NCBI GenBank assembly: GCA_965225945.1
Contig: CBDDBZ010000038.1
Location: forward strand, 128,001 to 192,000
From: Alphaproteobacteria bacterium
GTDB taxonomy: Bacteria; Pseudomonadota; Alphaproteobacteria; GCA-2731375
DNA length: 64,000 nucleotides
Direction: 5' to 3'
In this document: piece by piece, positions 20,432-30,798 of the stretch
Position numbering within the stretch: position 1 is the first letter of the stretch
Layout: each line of letters starts with the position of its first letter
Program-made: the position numbers and the translations under genes
Notes under the pieces: model-generated
What the model saw: the letters and a program-made list of their open reading frames with translations, nothing else
Databases searched by the model: none
Told to the model about the DNA's origin: nothing

Positions 20432-21929
20432 GGCCGACCCCCCTCAAGCGGTCGTAGCGGGTGCAATCGGCCACCGGCTCAAAGCGAAGACGCAGGTTCG
20501 CGGGCGTCGGGATCGGCGCCGTCTCGGACGGCTGGCGCCGACGATTGAGGATGTTGAGCACGACGTCGGCGCTGCACACGCCGCCAGCGAGCGCCTCGGC
20601 ACAGGCGGCCTCCACCGCCGCCAGCCCATCCGCCAGCACGGCGGTGAGGATCTCGACCATCTGCCTGTCGCCGTCGTCGTGGCCGGCGAGCCGGACGCGC
20701 ACGCGACCCAGGGCGCCGGGCAGCGCCCAGTCCTTGAACGGCGCGCCGTTACGAAGCGCACCGGGCTTCCTCGCCAGCACGGGCACGTAGTGCCACGGGT
20801 CATAGACGGTCTGGTCGCGGCCGAAGCGCCGGGCATGCTCGGCGACGATCTCGCCGTCCTGGCGGATGACGATGCGATCGGCGTAGGCATGGACCTCGAC
20901 CGGACGGCCGACGGCGCGCGCCGCCACGCTGTACTTGTTGCTGTCGAAGCGCACCAGGCAGGTCTTCGACACCGACGCCGGGACCGCGTGGAAGCCGTCG
21001 AACGGCCCGCGATAGCCGACCAGGGACGGACGCTCGTCCTCGAACACCTGCCAGACAGTCCTGTCCTTGAACACCGGGTGGGGATGACGCCGGGCGTAGG
21101 CGACGCACTGGTCCAAGAGCCAGGCGTTGAGCTCGTCGTAGGTCTTGAAGCGCAGCCGCGGGGTGAAGAACCGACCGCGGATGATCCCGACCTGGTTCTC
21201 GACCTGCCCCTTCTCCCATCCCGCTCCCGGCGTGCATGCTGTCGGTTCGACCAGGTAGTGGCCACACATCTGCACGAAGCGCCGGTTGAACGCGCGCTCC
21301 TTGCCGATGAGGACGGTCTGCACCGCCGTCTTCATGTTGTCGTAGATGCCTCGCCGGCAGGCACCCTGGAACAGCCGGAATGCCCGGTCGTGGGCGTCGA
21401 ACACCATCTCCTGGCTCTCGCGCGGATAAGCGCGGACGAAGAACATTCGGCTGTGGCACAGCCGGACGTGCGCGACCTTGACCTTGGTCGTCACCCCCGC
21501 CAGCACCACGTACTCGTGGCTCCAGTCGAACTGATAGGCCTCGCCCGGCGAGAACACCAACGGCACATAGGTCTGCGCCGTCGATGCCGAACGGCGCCAC
21601 CGCCACGCCTTGGCGTAGCGCCGCACCGCGTCGTAGCCGCCGCCATAGCCCAGACCCTCGAGGGCTTCGGAGATCCGTAGCAGCGTCAGCCGCTCCCGCT
21701 TCGACTTGGTCTCGTTGGCCTCCAGCATCCGCTCCAGCTCGGCCGTCCACGGCCCCAGCTTCGGCATCGGCTGGACCCGCCGGTCGTAGGTGAACGCCGT
21801 CGCCTGCGAACGGATCACCTTGCGCACCGTGTTGCCCGAGACCTTCACGTCCCGCACGATCTCCTTGATCGGCTTCCCCTTGACAAAATACTCCCGCCGG
21901 ATCCGCGCTATCGTCTCCACGACCAACAT
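20418..21929 (-). CDS. istA: IS21 transposase
   Basis: [24 protein letters not shown]. Confidence 0.95.
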   Translation of the reverse strand: MLVVETIARIRREYFVKGKPIKEIVRDVKVSGNTVRKVIRSQATAFTYDRRVQPMPKLGPWTAELERMLEANETKSKRERLTLLRISEALEGLGYGGGYDAVRRYAKAWRWRRSASTAQTYVPLVFSPGEAYQFDWSHEYVVLAGVTTKVKVAHVRLCHSRMFFVRAYPRESQEMVFDAHDRAFRLFQGACRRGIYDNMKTAVQTVLIGKERAFNRRFVQMCGHYLVEPTACTPGAGWEKGQVENQVGIIRGRFFTPRLRFKTYDELNAWLLDQCVAYARRHPHPVFKDRTVWQVFEDERPSLVGYRGPFDGFHAVPASVSKTCLVRFDSNKYSVAARAVGRPVEVHAYADRIVIRQDGEIVAEHARRFGRDQTVYDPWHYVPVLARKPGALRNGAPFKDWALPGALGRVRVRLAGHDDGDRQMVEILTAVLADGLAAVEAACAEALAGGVCSADVVLNILNRRRQPSETAPIPTPANLRLRFEPVADCTRYDRLRGVGHGAP

Positions 21930-22044
21930 CCCCCACCACCTCGTCCGCCCAAAAACGAGGTGACTTGGACTAGCCAGGCTCAGGGGGTCAAATTTGGACG
22001 CCGATCACCCCTCAACAGGGGTCAACTTTGCACGCCGTTCCACA

Positions 22045-22580
22045 CCCCGGAACGCCGGCCGCCGAGGTAGGCATCGTCCATCTCCACCCGCCCGGTGAGC
22101 GGCAATTTGGCATCGCGCTCGAGCATGGACTGCATCAGTTTCTGCTTGATCTTCCAGGCCGTGGTCTGGGTGACGCCGAGCCGGCGGCCGAGTTCGAGGG
22201 AGGAGATCCCTTTCTTCGATTGGGTCATGTGATAGATCGCCGAGAACCACAGGGTCAGCGCCAGCTTGGTCGCGTGGAAGAGCGTGCCGGCGGTCAGCGA
22301 GACTTGATGACGGCAGGCGGCGCATTGGTAGAGTTTTCGCCCGGCGATCTCGCAATGGCGCGTGGCGCCACATCGGGGCAGGCGAACCCCTCCGGCCAGC
22401 GCCAGCGGAAAAGGGCCTCGCGACACTGCTCCTCGGTACCGTACAACTCACGAAAACGCGGCTCGCTGAGCCCCTTCTGGAACTGAACCTTGTTGCGTGG
22501 CATTGTGAACCTCCAGAAAAACCGCCATTTGTTCACGATTTGTACCACATCAACCCGGCTGAGTAAAGTGCGTAATCAGG
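22045..22580 (-). mobile_element. IS1595 family remnant (frameshifted transposase N-terminus, truncated by IS21)
   Basis: [11 protein letters not shown]...RWPEGFACP, frameshift, then CG...[30 protein letters not shown]; outer boundary approximate. Confidence 0.85.
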
Positions 22581-22673
22581 CAACCATTTGGCGCGGAGCG
22601 TGGCAAGCGATCCATCGGCTCGATTCGTGATAGGATCGGATCGGGCCGGTACACGATGACAGGGGGACATGAA

Positions 22674-23456
22674 ATGGCGATCGACGAGGCACCGGTGGTC
22701 GACGACGTCGCGTTGCGCGAGGAGGTGCGCAAGAAGTATCGCGAGGTGGCGCTCGAACCGAATGGCGAATTCCACTTCCATACCGGGCGGCCGCTGGCCC
22801 GGCGGCTCGGCTACGACGACGCGGTGGTCGACGCGCTGCCGGACGCGGCGGTCGAGTCCTTCGCCGGCGTCGGCAATCCCTTCGCGCACCGCCGCCTCGA
22901 GGCGGGCGAGCGGGTGCTCGACATCGGCTCGGGCGGCGGCTTCGACTGCTTCATCGCCGCCGGCCAGGTCGGCGCCCGGGGCCAGGTCGTCGGCATCGAC
23001 ATGACCGAGGAGATGCTGGCCAAGTCGCGCGCCACGGCCCGCGCGATGGGGCTCGACAGCATCGAATTTCGCGAGGGCCTGATCGAGGAGATGCCGCTCG
23101 AGGACGGCTGGGCGGAGGTGGTGATCTCGAACGGCGTGATCAACCTCTGTCCCGACAAGGCCCGAGTCTTCGCCGAGATCCGCCGGGTGCTCAAGCCGGG
23201 CGGGCATCTGCAATTCGCCGACATCGCCAACGGCCAGCCGGTGCCGGAGGCGGCGATGCAGAACATAGACCTCTGGACCGGCTGAATCGCCGGTGGCCTG
23301 CCGTGCGCGGGCTGGCGGAAGATGCTGGTGGAAAGCGGCTTCGTCGACGTGCTGATCGGCGCGCCGCACGACACCTTCGGTGGTGCCGGCGGCGAGCCCA
23401 ACGCGCGCCGCTTCGAGGTCTACGGCTACGACTTCATCGCCCGGAAGGCAGCCTGA
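22674..23456 (+). CDS. ArsM-like SAM methyltransferase, probable selenoprotein (UGA at 23283-23285)
   Basis: VLDIGSGGGFD, GIDMTEEML, ISNGVINL, LWTG[TGA]IAGG where ArsM has LW.GCIAG; frame stays open to TGA at 23454. Confidence 0.8.
23288..23317 (+). promoter_or_regulatory. Putative bacterial SECIS hairpin
   Basis: CGCC/GGCG lower stem, GGU bulge, GGCCUGC/GCGGGCU upper stem, loop CGUGC starting 16 nt after the UGA. Confidence 0.55.
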
Positions 23457-23512
23457 TCGGCGCGGCGCGGGGGCGACGTCGCTGACGACCCGTTCACTTG
23501 AGACGCTTGATC

Positions 23513-24591
23513 ATGCCCCCGACCAACCCCGCCCTCGCCCGCGCCGAGGCCTTTTGCGCCAGCCACGAGATCAGCGCGCCCATTTTGATGGCGCCGATGG
23601 CCGGCGCCTGTCCGGCCTCGCTCGCCATCGCCGTCGCCAACGCGGGCGGCCTCGGCGGCTGCGGCGCGCTGCTGATGACGCCGGAAGCCATCGGCGCCTG
23701 GGTCCGCGAGATGCGCGCCGGCAGCAACGGCGGCTTCCAGCTCAACCTTTGGATCCCCGATCCCGAGCCGGCGCGCGACGCGGCGGCGGAGGGGGCGGTG
23801 CGCGGCTTTCTCGGGCAATGGGGACCGGAGGTCGAGCCGGCGGCCGGCGACGCGAGACCGTACGACTTCACAGGCCAATGCGAGGTGATGCTGGAAGCCG
23901 GCCCCCCGATCATCTCCTCGATCATGGGGCTCTATCCGCCGCCCTTCGTCGAGGAGATGAAGGCGCGGGGCATCAAATGGTTCGCCAACGTGACCACCCT
24001 CGCGGAGGCGCTGGCGGCCGAGGCGGCTGGGGCCGAGGCCGTCGTCGCCCAGGGCATGGAGGCGGGCGGCCATCGCGGCGCCTTCGATGCGGCGGGCGCG
24101 GAGGCGCGCATGGTCGGCCTCTTCTCGCTGCTGCCGCAGGTCGTGGACGCGGTGGACGTGCCGGTGATCGCGACCGGCGGCATCGCCGATGCGCGCGGCG
24201 TCGCGGCGGCCCTGCTGCTGGGCGCATCCGCCGCCCAGGTCGGCACCGGCCTACTGCGCGCCCCCGAGGCCGAGCTCGCACCCGCCTGGGCCGCGGCGCT
24301 TCGCACCGCGCGGCCGGAGGAGACCCTGGTGACACGGCCTTTTCCGGCCGGCCGGGGCGTAGCCTCGCCACCGCCTACGCCCGCGCGGCGGCGACGCCCG
24401 AGGCGCCCGCGCCCGCGCCCTACCCAGTGCAGCGCGGCCTGACGAAAGCGATGCGGGACGCCGCGGCCGAGTCCGGCGACATCGAGCGCATGCAGGCCTG
24501 GGCCGGCCAGTCCGCCGGCCTGGCGCCCGCGCGCCCCGCCGGCGAGATCGTCCGCGACCTCTGGGAAGGTGCCCGCGCCCTGCTGGCCTGA
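23513..24591 (+). pseudogene. Nitronate monooxygenase family, frameshifted near 24335
   Basis: PILMAPMAG, QGMEAGGHRG, ATGGIADARG; C-terminal AFSGRPGR..PYPVQR..WAGQS lies in another frame (mutation or sequencing error). Confidence 0.8.
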
Positions 24592-24699
24592 GCGGGTGGT
24601 TCCGTCAGGTCGGAGGGTCCAGGCGGAATTGACACCGGGATAATCAGCGATCGAGGGACCAGACGCGATCAGGGGTTGGAATTGTCGTCGTCCGAGTCG

Positions 24700-25473
24700 T
24701 CAATCCGACGGCGCGGCGCTCTCCTCGGCTTCGGCCAGTTCGGCCGGCTTCGAGCCCAGGATGGCGTTCACCGCGTCGACGACCTCATCGTCGACGACCG
24801 CGTCGTGGACCTCCTTGTTGGTGATCTGGCCCAGTATTGCCGCCAAGGTGGCCCGTTCGTCAACGGTGAGCGCCGGGTCTTCCGTGAGGTCATTGACGGT
24901 GAGGTCGTTCAGGGCCCGCGCGTAATCCGCGATCAAGCCGACCATGGAGGTCGGCGCGGCGTTCTGCATCGCCGTCACCGAGGCATGCGCCGCGTTCAAA
25001 TTGCCGAGCTGGCTGGCGATGGCGCCATGGTTGTCGTGCGCTTCCTCGGAATGTGCGTGCCCGTTGCCGTGCCCGTGGCCGTGCCCGTGGCCGTGCCCGT
25101 TGCCGTGACCGTTGCCGTGACCGTTGCCGTGACCGTGCTCCTGTCCATGACCCTGCCCGTTGCCGTGGCCGCTACTGGCCGTGTCCGGACCCTGGCCGAC
25201 GCCATTGGCACCTGCATTGCCGCGCCCACCGCCGTGGCCATTGCCATGGCCACCGCCCTGGCCGCCAGCGTTTTCGCTACCGCCACCGTTGCCGTGGCCG
25301 CCGGCGTTTTCGCTACCGCCGCCGCCGCCTCCACCGCCCCTGGCTTCGGCCGTGGCGATGTCGAGGGTGAGGCCGGAAGGCGCCGCATGCACCAGGTATG
25401 CCCCGCCGGCGATGGCCAGCGCGCAGGTCGCGCGAAGCAGCAGCGAACGAAACTCTCGGAGCCGGGTAGACAT
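24700..25473 (-). CDS. Secreted Gly/His/Asn-repeat protein
   Basis: Signal-like N-terminus, (GHGN)n/(GH)n tract, then HGAIASQLGNLNAAHAS domain. Confidence 0.75.
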   Translation of the reverse strand: MSTRLREFRSLLLRATCALAIAGGAYLVHAAPSGLTLDIATAEARGGGGGGGGSENAGGHGNGGGSENAGGQGGGHGNGHGGGRGNAGANGVGQGPDTASSGHGNGQGHGQEHGHGNGHGNGHGNGHGHGHGHGHGNGHAHSEEAHDNHGAIASQLGNLNAAHASVTAMQNAAPTSMVGLIADYARALNDLTVNDLTEDPALTVDERATLAAILGQITNKEVHDAVVDDEVVDAVNAILGSKPAELAEAEESAAPSD

Positions 25474-25503
25474 GGCGAATTCACCTTTCCAAGCAAATCC
25501 TAA

Positions 25504-25535
25504 AGGTCAATATGACCTCAAGGTCAATATGACCT
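25504..25535. promoter_or_regulatory. Tandem pair of palindromes AGGTCA-ATA-TGACCT
   Basis: 25504-25518 and 25521-25535, 30 bp upstream of the His-rich gene. Confidence 0.55.
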
Positions 25536-25669
25536 CCGCGCGCGAATAAATCATCCCCCAAACGGGTGAATCGGCGGCGACCGCTTCGATCGCGCCGAAA
25601 CATGATCTAGGGTCGATTGGGGCGCAAGGCCGGCGCCGACAGTGACGGCCGTCACCGCCGCCGCGCGCC

Positions 25670-25869
25670 CGCATCTGCATGTGCAGACGGTGAACAGCCG
25701 CCACAGCCGGTTGAAGGACTTCCTGCGTCCCCGCCGCGGCATCGCCACCCGCTATCTGGACAACTACCTGAGCTGGTTCCACCTCGTCGGCCTCGCCCCC
25801 GGCGCCAATGACCGAGCCTGCCTCGCCGCCGCCGTAACAAGGTGACGCATACAATTCACGCATTGAGCC
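25670..25869 (+). mobile_element. IS1595 transposase C-terminal remnant with probable right end
   Basis: HVQTVNSRHSRLKDFL...GIATRYLDNYLSWF; bracketed by duplicated host sequence. Confidence 0.7.
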
Positions 25870-26040
25870 TAAATCATCCCCCAAACGGGTGAATCGGCGG
25901 CGACCGCTTCGATCGCGCCGAAACATGTCCCGGCGCCGACAGTGACGGCCGTCACCGCCGCCCGCCCGCGCGGCGCGCAGCTCCGCCCGATCCCGACCCT
26001 CGCCCCCCACGTTGCCGCCGGAAATCGACTCCGCCAGGCC

Positions 26041-26799
26041 TCACGTCTTGCGGAAGACGGCGCTCGCCAGCCAGCCGGAGAGCAGCGCGATCACGATCGC
26101 CAACACGCCGTAGGCCGCCGCCTGACGGTGGGCGAAGTCGTAGACCTTGGCGCCGATGCCGATCCTGGAGACGACCAGGGGGATGGTCTGGGCGTTGACG
26201 ACGTTGCCCGCCCGCAACAGATAGACCGTCACCGTGTAAGTCCCCGTCGGCACGTTCGAGGGGAAAGTGACCCGGGTCCGGAATAGGTTTTCGCCCAGGA
26301 AGGTGACCGCGCCGGCCTCGGCGCCGAAGACGCCGAGACGGGCCTTGTTGCGCAGCAGCGCCCGGTGGAATTCCTCCGACGAGACGCCGGTGCCGGCGGC
26401 GGCGGCACGGAAACGTAGATTGGCGAGCCCGATCTGGTGGCTGGCAAGTGCGTCGTCGGCCTTCAGATCGGCGAGCGGCCGGCTGCTCGCGACCTTGTAG
26501 AAGCTCGGCACGCCCTCGAAGGTGAAGGCATCGCTATTGACCCAAATCCCGACGGCTGAGCGCACCTTGCGACGGATCGTCGCCGGCCCGTCGGGCCCCC
26601 GGACGACGACGATCACATCGCCTTCGTCCCGTGTCGCGCCGAACAGGAGCAGCTCCGTCCCCGAAAACCCGGTCGAGACCTTGACCAGGTGGCTGGAGAG
26701 GTCGGCGACCAGCACCTGAGCGACGGCGACGCCGGCCGAGCTGGCCGAGAGCAGTGCCGCGACCCCGAGGCGGAGGGCGATCCGGCGGAGCCGTCTCAT
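26041..26799 (-). CDS. TIGR02186 family membrane protein
   Basis: LVADLSSH.V...GFSGTELLLFGA, GIWVN, LFRT...PSNVPTGTY. Confidence 0.85.
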   Translation of the reverse strand: MRRLRRIALRLGVAALLSASSAGVAVAQVLVADLSSHLVKVSTGFSGTELLLFGATRDEGDVIVVVRGPDGPATIRRKVRSAVGIWVNSDAFTFEGVPSFYKVASSRPLADLKADDALASHQIGLANLRFRAAAAGTGVSSEEFHRALLRNKARLGVFGAEAGAVTFLGENLFRTRVTFPSNVPTGTYTVTVYLLRAGNVVNAQTIPLVVSRIGIGAKVYDFAHRQAAAYGVLAIVIALLSGWLASAVFRKT

Positions 26800-27716
26800 G
26801 GCGCCACCAGAGAGACCAGGGTGAAGGCGTCGGCCGGGGTCGCGAACAGGCGATAGCCGAGGATCGTGCAAACCGCCAGCACCAGCACGGCCAGCAGGCT
26901 GCGCAACTGTTCGCCTTGCAGCGCCACGCTCGCCCGCGTGCCGACCTGGGCCCCGACCACGCCGCCGACGAGAAGCACCAGCGCCAGCAGGATGTCCACG
27001 GTTTGGTTCTGCCAGGCCTGCAGGAAGGTGACGTTGGCGGTGACGAAGACGATCTGGAACAGCGAGGTGCCGATCACGACCGAGGTCGGCATGCCGAGCA
27101 GGTAGATCATCGCCGGCACCATGACGAAGCCACCGCCGACGCCCATGATCGCCGCGAGGACGCCGACGAAGACGCCGATGCCGAGCGGCAGAAGCGCGCT
27201 GATATAAAGCTTCGAGCGGCGGAACCGCATCTTGAACGGCAGGCCGTGCAGCCAATTGTGCTGGTGCAGCTTGCGCCGAGGGCCACCCGGATGCTTGCGC
27301 CGACGCATCGCGCGCAGGCTCTCGACCAACATCAAGCCGCCGATGGAGCCGAGGAAGACCACGTAGGCGAGCGAAATCACCAAGTCGATCTGTCCGAGAT
27401 CGCGCAGGAACTTGAAGAGCTGAACACCCAGGGTCGAGCCGATCAGGCCGCCGACCAGCAGGACGCTGCCCATCTTGATGTCGACGTTGTTGCGCCGCCA
27501 ATGGGCGATGGCGCCGGAGACCGAGGAGGCGACGATGTGATTGGCCTCGGTGCCGACGGCGATCGCCGGCGAGACGCCGTTCAGGATCAACAGCGGTGTC
27601 ATCAGGAATCCGCCGCCGACACCGAACAGACCCGAGAGGAAGCCGACACCGCCGCCCATGGCGAGCAGCAGGAACACATTCAGAGAAAGCTCGGCGATCG
27701 GCAGGTAGATCTGCAT
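26796..27716 (-). CDS. TSUP (TauE/SafE) family transporter
   Basis: MQIYLPIAE, SGLFGVGGGFLMTP, MGVGGGF.MVPAMIY.LGMPT. Confidence 0.9.
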   Translation of the reverse strand: MQIYLPIAELSLNVFLLLAMGGGVGFLSGLFGVGGGFLMTPLLILNGVSPAIAVGTEANHIVASSVSGAIAHWRRNNVDIKMGSVLLVGGLIGSTLGVQLFKFLRDLGQIDLVISLAYVVFLGSIGGLMLVESLRAMRRRKHPGGPRRKLHQHNWLHGLPFKMRFRRSKLYISALLPLGIGVFVGVLAAIMGVGGGFVMVPAMIYLLGMPTSVVIGTSLFQIVFVTANVTFLQAWQNQTVDILLALVLLVGGVVGAQVGTRASVALQGEQLRSLLAVLVLAVCTILGYRLFATPADAFTLVSLVAP

Positions 27717-27993
27717 CGAAGCACAGCCCGATGTTCGAACCAGGGACGCCGTCCGATTCCGGCGTGGACATCGGCACACATCATGGCGAGGACGCGCGAG
27801 GGACCGAAGGCGACGAGGAGGGCATCAATATCACTTGTCGGGCGCCGGTCAATAGGACCCTCGGCAACGAAGCGGAACTCATGCCAACCGCCCCGGGTGG
27901 CGGCTCCCCGTGCCGCCCTGCTTCCCCGATCGTCTCGCCGGGCCAAACCACCCAGGTAAGGCACCCTCGCGGGTGGCTGGGAGGGGCAGGGGT

Positions 27994-28293
27994 TCAGTCC
28001 GGGAACAACTCCTGCAAGGTCGCCATCATCGTCGGCACCTTATCGCTGACCAAGTGATAGTAAATGTTCTGCGCCTTTCGCCGCGTGCCGACGATGTTGT
28101 CGCGCCGCAGACGCGCAAGGTGCTGCGAAAGCGCGGACTGGCTGATCCCGATCATGTCCTCCAGTTGGCCGACGGATTTCTCCCCGCCGATCAGGTGACA
28201 AAGGATCAACAGTCGGCGCTCGTTGCTCATCGCCTTCAGGATGACGGTCGCCGCCCGTGAGTTGCGATGAATCTTTGCAATGTCGATATTCAC
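27994..28293 (-). CDS. ArsR/SmtB family regulator (BigR/SqrR-like)
   Basis: LKAMSNERRLLILCHL, SQSALSQHLARLR, TRR.AQ.IYY. Confidence 0.9.
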   Translation of the reverse strand: MNIDIAKIHRNSRAATVILKAMSNERRLLILCHLIGGEKSVGQLEDMIGISQSALSQHLARLRRDNIVGTRRKAQNIYYHLVSDKVPTMMATLQELFPD

Positions 28294-28425
28294 GTCTCGT
28301 TATCTCCTGGTTCGGAAGCCCCTGGGCCGGTCGCCTCGCTTTCGGATTATCTAATACACCATTCGCCGATGTCTATCGCGACAAGACGTCTCGCTCGACC
28401 GATCGAGAGGAGAATTGCCTTCCGC

Positions 28426-29172
28426 TCAACCGATTTCGGCCAGAATGGGGAAACTCTCGATCAAATAGAAACCAATGATCTCGAAATAATTGAATACGAA
28501 CAACAGGCCGGTCAGAACGAGAAGCCCGCCGATCGACATTTCGACTTTCCGCAGGTGGCGGCGGAAACGCCGCATCCATCCGAGGAAGGGGCCCGCCGCG
28601 ACCGCCGCGATCAGGAACGGAACGCCGATGCCGGCGGCGTAGACGAAGAGCAGCGAGGTCCCGTAGGCCAGCGAATCGCTTTGCGCCGCCACCGTCAGGA
28701 TCGTCGCCAGCACCGGCCCGATGCAGGGTGTCCAGCCGAAGGCGAAGGCGAGGCCGATGACGAAGGCGCCGAGCAGGCCGGCGGGCTTTCGCTCCAGATG
28801 TACCCGGGCCTCCCGGTTGAAGAGGCTGACGCGAAGCAAGCCCATGAAATGCAGGCCGAACAATATGATCAGGACGCCGGCGATTCGCCCGAGGATGTCC
28901 TTGTGCTCGAGGATCAGACCGCTGAGCGCCGAGGCGGAGGCGCCGAAGGCGACGAAGACGAGCGAAAAACCGACCACGAAGGCGAGCGCGGCCATGGTGA
29001 CGCGCCACGAGCGCACGGCCCGCCCGTCTTCCGTCCGCGCCGTCAACTCCTCCAGCGACACGCCACCGAGGAAGCAAAGATAGGCCGGCACCAACGGCAG
29101 CACGCAGGGCGAGAGGAAGCTGAGCAACCCGGCCCCGGCCGCGCCGGCGTAGGAGATGTCGATCACGGCCAT
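28426..29172 (-). CDS. ccdA: Cytochrome c biogenesis thiol-disulfide transporter
   Basis: SFLSPCVLPLVP, FGWTPCIGP. Confidence 0.92.
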   Translation of the reverse strand: MAVIDISYAGAAGAGLLSFLSPCVLPLVPAYLCFLGGVSLEELTARTEDGRAVRSWRVTMAALAFVVGFSLVFVAFGASASALSGLILEHKDILGRIAGVLIILFGLHFMGLLRVSLFNREARVHLERKPAGLLGAFVIGLAFAFGWTPCIGPVLATILTVAAQSDSLAYGTSLLFVYAAGIGVPFLIAAVAAGPFLGWMRRFRRHLRKVEMSIGGLLVLTGLLFVFNYFEIIGFYLIESFPILAEIG

Positions 29173-29322
29173 CGTGGCCCGCCCACCTTTCTTCCAGCCA
29201 CCTTTCTTCTAGACTGACCTGAGTATGGGGTCGCCGCGGCCTCGTCGCCACCCCTCAAAGGGCATGGAGGGCGGTGTTCACGGCCATTTGACGCGCCGTT
29301 GATGGCGCGACGCGAGGTCGCC

Positions 29323-29580
29323 ATGGTGGATCGAACGCTCAACGCCGAAGGCCTGCTTTGCCCGCTACCGGTGCTGCGCGCGCGTAAGGCGTTGGCCGAG
29401 ATGGAGGCCGGCGCCGTGCTGGAGGTGCGCGCCACCGATCCCGGCGCGCGTAAGGATTTCGAGGCCTTCGCCGAGGCGGCGGGACATGACCTGTTGCGGA
29501 GCGACGAGGCCGACGGGGTGCTGATCTTCCATCTGCGGAAGGCGTCCCCGCCGTCGTCGGCTCCGCGTATTTCCCCGTGA
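29323..29580 (+). CDS. TusA/SirA family sulfur carrier
   Basis: GLLCPLPVL, ATDPGA..DF. Confidence 0.88.
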   Translation: MVDRTLNAEGLLCPLPVLRARKALAEMEAGAVLEVRATDPGARKDFEAFAEAAGHDLLRSDEADGVLIFHLRKASPPSSAPRISP

Positions 29581-29659
29581 CCCGGCCACCGGCTTGGCGC
29601 TATATCTCGCGGCTCACCAAGCGTGCCCGCTCCCGGGCGGCGCTGCAGCAGACCTCTCC

Positions 29660-29942
29660 AGTGGATAGAATCCAACATATGGTACCCCTACGATCCCATA
29701 TCCTGGTTTCTCGCCAGGAGGGCGCCCGCCGGCGATGCCGGGGCATCGTCAAGGGTGCCCGACGCCCCGAGAAGCCAGGATTTGGGAGAAGCCAGGATAT
29801 GGTACCCGAAGGGCGGCTTCCCGAGCCCGCCGGACGCGTTGCCCGGCGCTTGTGATGCGCCCGCATCACGGCGCACCGGGCGCCTTTCCGGACGAGCTCG
29901 GGAAACCGTCGTAGGGGTACCATATGTTGGATTCTATCCACT
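29660..29942. repeat. MITE/REP-like element with 34-bp perfect terminal inverted repeats
   Basis: agtggatagaatccaacatatggtacccctacga at 29660-29693, reverse complement at 29909-29942; nested internal IR; end motif recurs at 30596-30611. Confidence 0.75.
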
Positions 29943-29965
29943 AGCCCTCGCGGAGGGATACGATC

Positions 29966-30187
29966 GTGGCCGAAACGCGCGTCAAGTCGGAGATCGCGGG
30001 CAAGGTTTGGCAGATCGAGGCCTCGCCCGGCGACCGCCTCGAGGAAGAGGATCCCATCATCATTCTCGAATCGATGAAGATGGAGATACCCGTGGCCGCG
30101 CCGATCGAGGGCACCTTGCGACAGATTCTCGTCAGCGAAGGCGATTCCGTCCAGGAAGGCCAAGACGTCGCGATCATGGACACTTGA
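29966..30187 (+). CDS. Biotin/lipoyl carrier protein
   Basis: ILESMKMEIPV. Confidence 0.9.
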   Translation: MAETRVKSEIAGKVWQIEASPGDRLEEEDPIIILESMKMEIPVAAPIEGTLRQILVSEGDSVQEGQDVAIMDT

Positions 30188-30206
30188 TGGCCGAAGGGAT
30201 CGAAGT

Positions 30207-30575
30207 TCACTCGCCGATGAAACGACGCACGGTCTCCAAGAAGGTCTTGACCGAGATCGGCTTGGCGAGATAGGCCTCGCATCCCCCCTCGCGAATTTGT
30301 TCCTCGTCGCCCTTCATCGCGAAGGCGGTGATCGCCACGACGGGCGTCGACTTCAATTCGTCGTCCTCCTTCAGCCACTTGGTGACCTCCAGACCGGAGA
30401 TCTGCGGCAACTGGATATCCATCAGGATCAGGTCCGGGCGATACCGCCTGGCCATCGAAAGCGCCTCCAGGCCGTCCCCGGTCTGCAGCGTCTCGTAGCC
30501 ATGCGCCTCCAGAAGGTCGTTGAACAGCTTCATGTTGAGGGCGTTGTCCTCGACGATAAGCACGACCTTGGCCAT
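30207..30575 (-). CDS. divK: Single-domain response regulator DivK
   Basis: [58 protein letters not shown]. Confidence 0.9.
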   Translation of the reverse strand: MAKVVLIVEDNALNMKLFNDLLEAHGYETLQTGDGLEALSMARRYRPDLILMDIQLPQISGLEVTKWLKEDDELKSTPVVAITAFAMKGDEEQIREGGCEAYLAKPISVKTFLETVRRFIGE

Positions 30576-30798
30576 GGGCCTCGAGGCTCCCCAAGCTAGT
30601 GGATAGAATCCGCTAGGTCTTCCCGCGTCGATTCCGGCGCCGATACAGCCGGTCCCGATCGAACGCGCCCGACAGACTAGCCAAACTTAGTAAAATTTGA
30701 CTAAGAGTCCGAGGCGATATGTCACATGAATAGTGCTCACCGAATGCCCGCCTCGTTCGATCTCGTCGATCGGCGGGCAAACCGAGCGGCCCGGAGAC

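Larger units (their letters stand above)
19500..22044 (-). mobile_element. IS21 family element, copy 1 (2545 bp)
   Basis: TG...CA ends with repeated ttgacccc/ggggtcaa motifs; near-identical copy at 54480-57024. Confidence 0.95.
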
